A DNA stretch of 64,000 bases from a virus (lineage: Duplodnaviria; Caudoviricetes), in the IMG/VR virus record IMGVR_UViG_3300021399_000130, positions 26,592 through 90,591 of that record; one strand, 5' to 3'. The notes beneath the pieces are model-generated. The model was not told the DNA's origin and ran no database searches. It saw only the letters and a program-made list of their open reading frames with translations. Below are positions 45,879-54,316 of the stretch, one piece after another. A program made the translations under genes and the position numbers. The stretch's first letter is position 1; each line of letters begins with the position of its first letter.

Positions 45879-47117
45879 ATGATAAGACAAAAGATTACAG
45901 TCGTGGGAATCGGCTATGTCGGACTTGGTGTCGGCATAATGCTTTCAACGAAACACGACGTTACGATGCTTGATATCGACCAGAGAAAGGTCGATATGTT
46001 AAACGAAAGAAAATCCCCCATTAAAGACGAATTGATTGAAAGTTATCTCACTAAAAAAGAAGCTTTGTCATTGTCTGCGACTACCGATAAGGGTGTTGCG
46101 TATGACAGGCCTGATTTTATTGTAATTGCCGTACCCACAAATTATGACGAGGAGACCAGGCAATTTGACACCAGGATACTTGAAAATGTCATAAACGAGG
46201 CTATCGGGGGCAATCAGAACGCGACAATCGTCATTAAATCGACAATTCCGGTCGGTTATACGAAGGGGTTGAGGAAAAGGCTTGAAGAACAAGGTTTCCA
46301 TAATTCTAAAGTCATATTCAGCCCGGAGTTCCTTAGGGAAGGTACCGCACTAAAGGACAACCTCTATCCAAGCAGGGTAATTGCCGGGTGTGATGCCGTT
46401 GACAGGGAACAATTCAGTCTTGCCGGCAGATATCTTGAACTTGTAAGAAGCGTAACGATTGGTGACTATCGGGAGTTAATTATGGGAAGTACGGAGGCCG
46501 AAGCCGTTAAACTCTTTGCAAACACTTATCTTGCGATGCGTGTGGCTTATTTCAACGAACTTGACACTTATGCTGAGCTTAACGGATTGAATGCCAAGGA
46601 TATAATCGAAGGTATGTGCTATGACCCACGAATCGGTAACCAATATAATAATCCGTCATTCGGGTACGGCGGATATTGTTTCCCGAAAGATACGAAACAA
46701 CTTCTTGCTAACTTTGAAGGGGTGCCACAAAACCTCATAGAAGCCATTGTTAAGTCAAACGAAACAAGAAAGGAACATATTGCCAATCGTGTTGGAGCGA
46801 TGGCGTATTCTCAACCAATAAAGTACCCGAAAGGGTTCCCAATTGTCGGCGTATATAGGCTCGCAATGAAGTCCGGTAGTGATAATTTCAGAAAGAGTGC
46901 CATACTTGATGTAATTGAACTGCTTATTAAATGGCAATGTACCGTAAGAATATACGAGCCAACGATAAAAGAGGATGAATTTAACGGATGCAAGGTGGTT
47001 AAAACAATAGAAGAGTTTAAAAATAACTGCAATGTAATTATCACGAACAGATATGACCCTGAACTGGATGACGTGAAGGATAAGGTTTATACAAGGGACG
47101 TATTTAATAATAACTAA
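45879..47117 (+). CDS. ugd: UDP-glucose 6-dehydrogenase
   Basis: GIGYVG, AVPT, KSTIPVG, SPEFLREG, KLFANTYLAMRVAYFNEL, GYGGYCFPKD, SDNFRKS. Confidence 0.93.
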   Translation: MIRQKITVVGIGYVGLGVGIMLSTKHDVTMLDIDQRKVDMLNERKSPIKDELIESYLTKKEALSLSATTDKGVAYDRPDFIVIAVPTNYDEETRQFDTRILENVINEAIGGNQNATIVIKSTIPVGYTKGLRKRLEEQGFHNSKVIFSPEFLREGTALKDNLYPSRVIAGCDAVDREQFSLAGRYLELVRSVTIGDYRELIMGSTEAEAVKLFANTYLAMRVAYFNELDTYAELNGLNAKDIIEGMCYDPRIGNQYNNPSFGYGGYCFPKDTKQLLANFEGVPQNLIEAIVKSNETRKEHIANRVGAMAYSQPIKYPKGFPIVGVYRLAMKSGSDNFRKSAILDVIELLIKWQCTVRIYEPTIKEDEFNGCKVVKTIEEFKNNCNVIITNRYDPELDDVKDKVYTRDVFNNN

Positions 47118-47120
47118 AAT

Positions 47121-47148
47121 AAAACCGGGGACTTAATCCTCGGTTTTT
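47121..47148. terminator. Bidirectional terminator
   Basis: AAAACCG(G)G / CTCGGTTTT stem between convergent genes. Confidence 0.6.
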
Positions 47149-47165
47149 CATTATTTTATCAAAAT

Positions 47166-48542
47166 TTATCGTATCAGCCACATAAGTGCATCTGTCTGTG
47201 GATTTCCGGTGCCCTTCGGTTTATTGGTATAGAACGGCATTACAAAGTTCTTTTTGGGTTCAGCATCAATTACTTCATGACTGCCATATCTCGGCTGTTC
47301 GGTCTTCGCGGTAAGCATAGCTGTATTCACCCAAGCCTTCAAGAATGCCGCGTCCCTTTCCATGGCAGCTCTAATCTTACCGAGAGAGTGTTGCATAACA
47401 AACATAGCCATAGCAAGACAAGTAAGTGTATCATCGTGGCACCCGTCCATATGGTCAATCCTTGCGGCCTCACCTTTATAAATCCAAGTTTCAAGTTCCT
47501 GGATAACTCTCTTTGAACGTATCTTAATCTGGTTAGTCTTCACCATATTTGCAAAACTCGTAAGCATTTGGAAACGAACTGATTGTGAGTGGAAACCAGG
47601 CAACTTACCTTCTGGCGTTAAAGGCAGGCTCGTTGCTTCTCTTTGAATCGTATAGGTCTTCAGGTTCGGGTCATCATAATAAAGGTTTTCGTAGCCAAGT
47701 CGCTGCATCATAAGGATACAAGCGTCACCAGTTCCTCCAATACAATCTACCGTGCAAAATGCGTCTCCGTACATTCTACCATACTGGACAGCCATTTCAC
47801 CGATTTCATCACCAGTTCTCTTTCCGTGATATTCAAATACCTGCTCAATGCAAGGCTTTCCGTCATCGTCAATTGCATCCATATCACAGATTTCAATGGC
47901 GGTACGGTCAGCAGCATCACCACGGGAACAGTCAATACCCATGATGTATCTATGCCCAGGTATCGGCCACTTCCAGAGCCAGGTTTCATCGACAAACGGG
48001 TCCCTGTAAGTCGGGTCCGGGTCTCTCATATTCAGCTTTTCCTGCATTTCAATGAATTCAGGCGCTACGACGTTGGAAGCGGAACCGAGGAATGAAACAT
48101 CCAACTCCTGTGCAATCTTCTGTTCGTCATTGTTGAACTGCTGGCACATACGGATATACCAAGGAGAACGTGGCTTATAACCAGCTTTCTCCATTTCATC
48201 CCAGCGTTCCTGGTCAAATTTAATATTACCCTTCTTATCAAGGTAATTTTCCTTTACAACTTCGATTTCACCAGTTTCTTCGTCTTTCTTGTACCATTCC
48301 AGGAACTTGTTGTAACGAGGGTCCTGGAACCACTTAAGTTCAACCAGTTCGAAACCGTTCCAATCCTCAGTACCCTTAAGCGCAGCCCTACGGCAAGTCT
48401 CATAGTAAAGAAGGTCCTTACCGTTAGGGGTACTAATCATTATTATATGACCACCAGTTGAAACAGTAGGAAGTGCGGAGGCATATACATCATTTCCGTT
48501 TTCAATGAACGCAGCCTCATCAAAGATAAGCCACGTAACACC
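47166..48542 (-). CDS. terL: Terminase large subunit, exon 2 (Walker B through nuclease domain)
   Basis: Frame open from 48542: GVTWLIFDEAAF...ISTPNGKD, then YIMGIDCSRG and HDDTLTC nuclease motifs. Confidence 0.9.
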   Translation of the reverse strand, partial: GVTWLIFDEAAFIENGNDVYASALPTVSTGGHIIMISTPNGKDLLYYETCRRAALKGTEDWNGFELVELKWFQDPRYNKFLEWYKKDEETGEIEVVKENYLDKKGNIKFDQERWDEMEKAGYKPRSPWYIRMCQQFNNDEQKIAQELDVSFLGSASNVVAPEFIEMQEKLNMRDPDPTYRDPFVDETWLWKWPIPGHRYIMGIDCSRGDAADRTAIEICDMDAIDDDGKPCIEQVFEYHGKRTGDEIGEMAVQYGRMYGDAFCTVDCIGGTGDACILMMQRLGYENLYYDDPNLKTYTIQREATSLPLTPEGKLPGFHSQSVRFQMLTSFANMVKTNQIKIRSKRVIQELETWIYKGEAARIDHMDGCHDDTLTCLAMAMFVMQHSLGKIRAAMERDAAFLKAWVNTAMLTAKTEQPRYGSHEVIDAEPKKNFVMPFYTNKPKGTGNPQTDALMWLIR

Positions 48543-48825
48543 CAGATAAACAAATAGTTACAATATATATTTAAACTATTCATAAAGGTTTTTTATCCTT
48601 TATCCTATTCTTTTCAGAATAGCTGGCGTACATTTTCATCCTATTAAGGATGTCCCGTACTCTTGGGGGGATTATATTTATTCACCCTCTACGCTCTACG
48701 GTGTTTCAGAGCCTTTCGCAATCTCTGAACTTACCTCGGTATTGCCTTGTCTTTACGATTTAGGTTTCACCGATTTTACGGGATTTCATAATTGCAACTT
48801 ACGCTGCAAGTCGGCAGTGTTGTTT
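48543..48825 (-). ncRNA. ORF-less group I self-splicing intron (283 nt) in terL
   Basis: P1 exon GUCGGU pairs with IGS GCCGAC (U-G at splice site); P10 AACACU with exon 2 GGUGUU; P3 CCCGUA/UACGGG; P4 AUCGGUG/UACCGAG; P7 G(A)GCGUA/UACGCC; terminal G. Splicing restores SRGVG|GVTWLIFDE. Confidence 0.9.
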
Positions 48826-49371
48826 ACCGACACCACGAGAAGCATCCGGGCCAGAAGACCTTGCCACTACTTTACAACCATTCTTGAGTTTAAGTTCCTT
48901 TGAATTGCAGACGTCAAAGATAACATTTCTGTTAGGGGGCGGAAGTGTCATATCAAGCCCAAGGTCTGCGAATTCGTCGCCCCACATCCAGAGAGGAAAC
49001 TGCATAAGGAAGTCCCTTATCTTTGTAAGCATCTGCTGAGCCAGGTCCAAAGTGTTACCGATTACAAGTACGGTCTGAGGTGATTCGGGGTCAGCAAGAC
49101 ACATTTCACACCCAATAAAAGCACCACAAGTAGTCGTAATACCTGCTTGACGCGGTTTAGTGGTCACAACGTTGTTTGCATTACCAAGCGTCGTACATAG
49201 GTCTTTCTGGCGCGGGAACAACAAATATTGAACCTCCTTCTTCTGCGTTGCGTCATAGGTCTTAAGGAAGTGCTCAATCATATAGATACGAGTTTTGTCC
49301 ATAAGACATTTAACGTATTCCTTACGGAGATAATCAAAGTCAATTATCTTTTTAGGTTTTTTATTGTTCAT
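48826..49371 (-). CDS. terL: Terminase large subunit, exon 1
   Basis: MNNKKPKK start at 49371; LFPRQ adenine-binding motif, Walker A KPRQAGITT; ends ASRGVG. Confidence 0.9.
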
Positions 49372-49418
49372 AATATAGATATTTATATATAAATAGATTC
49401 TAAAATAGAATACGAAAT

Positions 49419-50462
49419 ATGCCAAAAAAGTCAAATACTGAAGAATTTATAAGAAAAGCCAAGATAAAACATGGTGACTTCTATGACTATTCAAAAACCG
49501 AATATAAAGGGAAAGACATCCCGGTTATTATTATATGCCCAGAGCACGGTGAATTTTTACAAACGCCGCACGACCATTTAAGCGGAAACGGTTGTCCAAA
49601 ATGCGCAAAACAACGTAGAGCAGAAAAAAGAAGGAAAAGCAACGAAGATTTTATCAGCAAGGCTAATGAAATACACAACAATAAATACAATTATTCAAAA
49701 ACAGATTATAAGGGAGCACAAATACCAATAGAAGTAATATGTCCTAAACATGGAAGCTTTAAAATACGTCCAAATAATCACTTAAGAGGCCAAGGATGCC
49801 CACTATGCGGAAACGAAAGGAAAGGCGCATACCGAAAGGTTTCACTTGAAGATTTTAAGAGACGAGCAAATGAAATACACAACAATAAATACGATTACTC
49901 CCTTGCTGATTTGAAGAACACGTCGTCTAAGGTAGATATTATATGCCCAATCCACGGAGTTTTTTCGCAAAAAGTTAACGACCATCTTCGCGGAATTGGT
50001 TGCCCAGAGTGCGGTAAAAAATTCGGTATTTCCGAACGAGAAGTTTTGTTTGCCCTTCAAAACAAGTATGGGAATGTTGAATACCAGAAACCATTTCCGT
50101 TCTTAAAATCAAAGACAAGTTACCAGAAATTAGATTATTACCTACCGGATTATAATATAGGAATAGAATATCAAGGAAGCCAGCATTTCGGAAGCAATAA
50201 AAGATTTGGTGGCAAAGTCGGCTACGAAAAGGCAAAAGAACGCGATGCCAGAAAGTTTCAAAAATGTGAAGGGAATGGAATAAAAATGTTTTACATCAGT
50301 TTTGAAAGGGACATTCCATCAGATTATTTTGCACCGGTTTATACGGATTTTGACTCCCTCTCAAAAGCAATAGATGAATATATCCGAACGAAACAACCGG
50401 TAAAGTTAAATGAACAAGACCTGAAAAAGATTATCAACGATACATTAAAGAAACTTCTATAA
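49419..50462 (+). CDS. Free-standing homing-endonuclease-like protein (four DUF723-like zinc ribbons plus PD-(D/E)XK/Vsr-like domain)
   Basis: Four repeats F...A...H...Y.YS...Y......(I/V)ICP.HG.F......HL.G.GCP.C; C-terminal LDYYLPDYNIGIEYQGSQHF. Confidence 0.8.
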   Translation: MPKKSNTEEFIRKAKIKHGDFYDYSKTEYKGKDIPVIIICPEHGEFLQTPHDHLSGNGCPKCAKQRRAEKRRKSNEDFISKANEIHNNKYNYSKTDYKGAQIPIEVICPKHGSFKIRPNNHLRGQGCPLCGNERKGAYRKVSLEDFKRRANEIHNNKYDYSLADLKNTSSKVDIICPIHGVFSQKVNDHLRGIGCPECGKKFGISEREVLFALQNKYGNVEYQKPFPFLKSKTSYQKLDYYLPDYNIGIEYQGSQHFGSNKRFGGKVGYEKAKERDARKFQKCEGNGIKMFYISFERDIPSDYFAPVYTDFDSLSKAIDEYIRTKQPVKLNEQDLKKIINDTLKKLL

Positions 50463-50467
50463 ACAAA

Positions 50468-50492
50468 AAAAGCCGAGATTAACCCGGCTTAT
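50468..50492. terminator. Bidirectional terminator
   Basis: AAGCCG(A)G / CCCGGCTT stem between convergent genes. Confidence 0.6.
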
Positions 50493-50511
50493 ATCAGTGT
50501 GTGCAGTGTTT

Positions 50512-51405
50512 TTATGGTCTGAATGAGCCTTCCTGACCATCCGGAGACCTGAATTCAACGGAATTAATCTCTTCAACGTTAAGGCCGCCAGCTCTTTCGG
50601 CATAACCAGTAGCTGAGAATTCCCATCCGTTAACCTCGAGATAACCCCCAACTTCACATCCCTCGTTTTCAAAATCGTCCGTAATTTCCCATTCGACGTC
50701 ACTTTCATTTTCATTCCAAATCTCCATAGCCTCTCTTGTAACAGGGTCATTCATTTGTTCATCACGCTTAGCTCTTTGAAATGCGTCGCTGAAATTCTTA
50801 AAATGCTGTGCCATTGGCTTCTTGTCTTTTGGGTGCAATGGATTCCCGTGCTCGTCCTTCTCAAGCTTATCCTTTTCAGTGCCGTTCCAACCATACTTAC
50901 CATAAAGCTTGGCTGATGCCCTGCTAATCATATCTGAAGAAATCTCATTCATAATGGCTTTTTTCACGCTTTCCTTGATGAGATTACGCAATTGACTTTC
51001 TGTTACTCTAACCCTTCCTTCATTAAATTGTCCGGAGTATGAACGGTTAAAAGCATCAGAATCGCCGCCAATAGCATCGATTTCCCTAAACCCATTACTT
51101 CCATAACCAGCCCAAGGGACAAAATGAGACCCACTTATTTCTCCGTCGGCAATTTTTTCTGCCAAATCCATCAAATTTTCGGGTGTGAAACCATCATTCG
51201 GTACTTTCTTTTTAAAATCTTTATAAAACTCCATGACGGCCTTCTCAATGTCTCCGTGCCTTCCGTGTTGAGCGTTAATTATGCGATTTTTAAAAATATC
51301 ATAATATTTTCCTGGCATAACTTTTCGTCTGTCAATTTCGTTCATTACACTTTCCTTGATGAGATTACGCAACTGGCTTTCGCTTAATTGTATTTTTTGT
51401 CCCAT
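50512..51405 (-). CDS. Putative internal head protein with duplicated tag
   Basis: LSESQLRNLIKESVMNE and VTESQLRNLIKESVKKAIMNE; 23-nt identical DNA at 50969-50991 and 51350-51372. Confidence 0.7.
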   Translation of the reverse strand: MGQKIQLSESQLRNLIKESVMNEIDRRKVMPGKYYDIFKNRIINAQHGRHGDIEKAVMEFYKDFKKKVPNDGFTPENLMDLAEKIADGEISGSHFVPWAGYGSNGFREIDAIGGDSDAFNRSYSGQFNEGRVRVTESQLRNLIKESVKKAIMNEISSDMISRASAKLYGKYGWNGTEKDKLEKDEHGNPLHPKDKKPMAQHFKNFSDAFQRAKRDEQMNDPVTREAMEIWNENESDVEWEITDDFENEGCEVGGYLEVNGWEFSATGYAERAGGLNVEEINSVEFRSPDGQEGSFRP

Positions 51406-51477
51406 GATTACTTATCTTTTTTTATAAATAGTACATTTAGACAAAAACAACTATTTATAGTAAGTTAATAATATTGT

Positions 51478-51705
51478 ATGCGTTCATTAGGACCAAGAAC
51501 TACCCTTAAAAAGACTTATCCTAGATGCCATTACAATTCGAAGGGAAAGTCGAAAAAACAATTTGAAACAGAAAAGGAAGCACAAGACTATATTGCTGCT
51601 CATAAACTATCTGGCTACACAATCTATCTTTGCCGGGTATGCAATAAGTTCCACATCTCCCACAAAAATAAGCCAAAAAACGGTAAAGAAGAATGTGAGC
51701 CTTGA
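51478..51705 (+). CDS. Small basic Cys/His protein
   Basis: RCH...K.K..F.....A...Y.C..C..FH; ACTATTTATA at 51450. Confidence 0.6.
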   Translation: MRSLGPRTTLKKTYPRCHYNSKGKSKKQFETEKEAQDYIAAHKLSGYTIYLCRVCNKFHISHKNKPKNGKEECEP

Positions 51706-51749
51706 TTAAATCGCATTTTTTCTGTATATTACTATAAAAGTAATATATA

Positions 51750-52211
51750 ATGTGGCCGTTTAAGAAAAGGACAAAAAAATTAAAACCAGCGGAATCTGTC
51801 GAAAAAAACGAGATTCCGCTGGAAAAAACATATGCACAGTGGAAAGAAGAATATAATACACTAGAGACCGAGAATGCAGTTCTAGAAGATGAGTGTGCAA
51901 AAGAAGGACTTGATTGGGTTATGATGCTTCGAAAAACGGCCGACATTAAGCAAAAGATGGCACACGCTGATAAAATGATGAGGAAACTCCAGGAGCCGTC
52001 ATTAACCTACAACAAAAAATGGAAAGGTAAAAAATTGGAACTTGAAAGTTTCATTTCTGCTGCGGTTGCAAAAGAAATCTTGGACACGGATGGCGAAGGC
52101 TACTATGCAACTGAGACAGCGAAGACTGATATTATCATAAGGCCCAGCGACATTCTTGAAAACATTTATCGGACCGATTTTCCATATGTCTTGTGGATTC
52201 CAAAACAATAA
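51750..52211 (+). CDS. Hypothetical protein
   Basis: 153-aa ORF followed by a terminator. Confidence 0.7.
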   Translation: MWPFKKRTKKLKPAESVEKNEIPLEKTYAQWKEEYNTLETENAVLEDECAKEGLDWVMMLRKTADIKQKMAHADKMMRKLQEPSLTYNKKWKGKKLELESFISAAVAKEILDTDGEGYYATETAKTDIIIRPSDILENIYRTDFPYVLWIPKQ

Positions 52212-52215
52212 AATA

Positions 52216-52292
52216 AACCCCCAGATTAATGCTGGGGGTTCGTCATTATAATGAGCGTATAAAAATTATGGGAGGCTTGTAACCTCCCATAA
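52216..52292. terminator. Two terminator hairpins between convergent genes
   Basis: AACCCCCAG/CTGGGGGTT (52216-40) and TTATGGGAGG/CCTCCCATAA (52266-92, U tract on minus, ends the capsid transcript). Confidence 0.8.
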
Positions 52293-52318
52293 CTTATTTA
52301 TGCATCACGCAATTTAGA

Positions 52319-54274
52319 TTAGCGGAGCTCGTTAGGGTCCCACTGTACGAGGCCATCAACACGTACGTGACCAAAGAATCTGTTATTAACAACCTTCTTA
52401 GCGTAACGAGTCATGATACCCTTTACAGGAGCGAAGTTCTCAGGATTAACAATGGTAGGAGTAAGCTGCATAGGGATATATGGAGCATAGATGTAACCAG
52501 TGTCAAGGAGAGACTTACCCTTGTGACCGATGATGATAGACCAAGCTGGTGAATAAGGGTCACGATATACCTGGTAACGTCCGGAGACAGCACCGATACG
52601 CTCGATACCCATATTGTACTGGTCGCTCTCAGCAGAAGCATCGGAAACGTGGAAGTATTCGAGGGTGTCAAATACTGCAGAGATTTCAGAAGAAACTACG
52701 AGGAAGTTTGCACCACCACGAAGAGTTGATTTGTGAATCTGGGCAGAAATCTGATTAACCTTGGTGATAAGTTCCTGGTTCCAGTCTTTCTGGGTGTAGT
52801 TGGTTGAGAAACCAGCCATACGACGCCAGCCATTGTAGTCCCAACGCATCTGCCAAGGAGCAGCCTCACGAAGGTCACGGAGGATTTCACGGTCGATTTC
52901 AGCTGCAATCTGCTCTGAAAGGAGAGCGGTAAGTTCAGCCTCAGCGTCAATGTTGTGGAAAGCATTAACGTCCTGTGCAAGTTCAGGTGACCAGGTAGCA
53001 CGGAGCTTCCTTTCTTCAACTGAAACAGTTACACTATCAAGCTTGAAGGAAACCTCACCGATTTCGGTCTCAAGCTCAAGGCTGTCATACTGTGACCAAG
53101 CAGCCTTAATGCAAGAAAGTGCTGCGTCGAGCTGGTCCTTATCAACACCGATGTAACCATCGAGTGAGCCACCCTGTACGCGGACAGGTTTTGCAAGGTC
53201 AAGGTCGAGATAGATACAACCTTCCTTATCGCACTCGCAACCGTTCTTGTATTCTACGATACCCTTACCGTACTTCTGAGTAACAACACGGAAAGGAATA
53301 GCCTCCATAGGTTCGAAAGAGCTAGTAGTAACACCACTCATATCAACGCTCTCAATAGCACCGCTGGATGAGAGGAAAATCTTAAGGGAAGCAAGGAAGC
53401 CTTCGGTGTCCATTTCGTTTCCGTCAGGACCGGTAAGCTTACCTACGCAGTATGAAGAGAAGCCAGAAACCTTAACAATGAGGTTACGTATAGTACCGTC
53501 AGCGTAAAGGCGTGCATCTGCTGCGCTGTCCATTTCAACAAGACGACCGCGGTCAAACTTCATAGGAGCGACGTCGGCAACCTTGATGTGAATCTTACCC
53601 TTAGAGTTGTCATAAAGGAAGTCGTTGTAGAAGAGGTCGTAGAGGGTCTTGTGCATATAGCGGGTAACCTTAGGACCAATCTGACGCATACGAGCACCAG
53701 GATGAGCTTCGTTAATAGCATCGTAAGCCTCATCGTAGTTAGCATAAGTAGTGTCGCCACTTACCCATTCCTGTGCATCCTCGTCGAAGTACTCGAAGGC
53801 CATATCGCCAACAACCTCGTCAGGAAGATAGAAACGGTTGTACTTGTTACCATTACGGCGGTCAGTACGTTCGTAGCCCATAAGGCCTTTGTGCTTACCT
53901 ACAACACCGTCAGCGATTTCGTCAGAGCTCCAATCCCTCTGTGAAGTAACAGGAAGGATGAAGAAAAGCTTACCGACAGGAAGGTTCATAGCCTGTACGG
54001 AAACGATATCGTTAGCAAGAAGCTTGCTGAAAACACGGCGGATGATAGGGAAAACAACAGTCTCGAAAGAACCGCTGTTATTAGCATCGGTAGCCTCGTT
54101 AAGGAGTGCGTGAGCCTCGTTCTCATAAAGAGTAGCGATATTCTCCTTGATAACGCCCTTAAGACCATCAGTCATACCGAGACGGTCCCAGCGTTCGTTG
54201 ATTTCTTTGCGGATACGGCGCTGTTCGTTAAGTTCGATGTTGCCGATTTCACCGCTGTTTAAAAATTCTCTCAT
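52319..54274 (-). CDS. Major capsid protein (T4 gp23-like) with enlarged insertion
   Basis: FPIIRRVFSKLLANDIVSVQAMNLP, RKLRATWSPELAQD...H.IDAEAEL..LLSEQIAAEIDREI, GYIYAPYIP, KGIMTRYA. Confidence 0.95.
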   Translation of the reverse strand: MREFLNSGEIGNIELNEQRRIRKEINERWDRLGMTDGLKGVIKENIATLYENEAHALLNEATDANNSGSFETVVFPIIRRVFSKLLANDIVSVQAMNLPVGKLFFILPVTSQRDWSSDEIADGVVGKHKGLMGYERTDRRNGNKYNRFYLPDEVVGDMAFEYFDEDAQEWVSGDTTYANYDEAYDAINEAHPGARMRQIGPKVTRYMHKTLYDLFYNDFLYDNSKGKIHIKVADVAPMKFDRGRLVEMDSAADARLYADGTIRNLIVKVSGFSSYCVGKLTGPDGNEMDTEGFLASLKIFLSSSGAIESVDMSGVTTSSFEPMEAIPFRVVTQKYGKGIVEYKNGCECDKEGCIYLDLDLAKPVRVQGGSLDGYIGVDKDQLDAALSCIKAAWSQYDSLELETEIGEVSFKLDSVTVSVEERKLRATWSPELAQDVNAFHNIDAEAELTALLSEQIAAEIDREILRDLREAAPWQMRWDYNGWRRMAGFSTNYTQKDWNQELITKVNQISAQIHKSTLRGGANFLVVSSEISAVFDTLEYFHVSDASAESDQYNMGIERIGAVSGRYQVYRDPYSPAWSIIIGHKGKSLLDTGYIYAPYIPMQLTPTIVNPENFAPVKGIMTRYAKKVVNNRFFGHVRVDGLVQWDPNELR

Positions 54275-54316
54275 TTTATTAGTTCTTTTGTTGTTTTATG
54301 TTTCTTTAAATACCTT

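Noticed and set aside
48543-48825. terL as a frameshifted pseudogene, two separate genes, or an intein
   Set aside because: The insert contains stop codons and complete group I pairings, and precise removal restores the ATPase motif.
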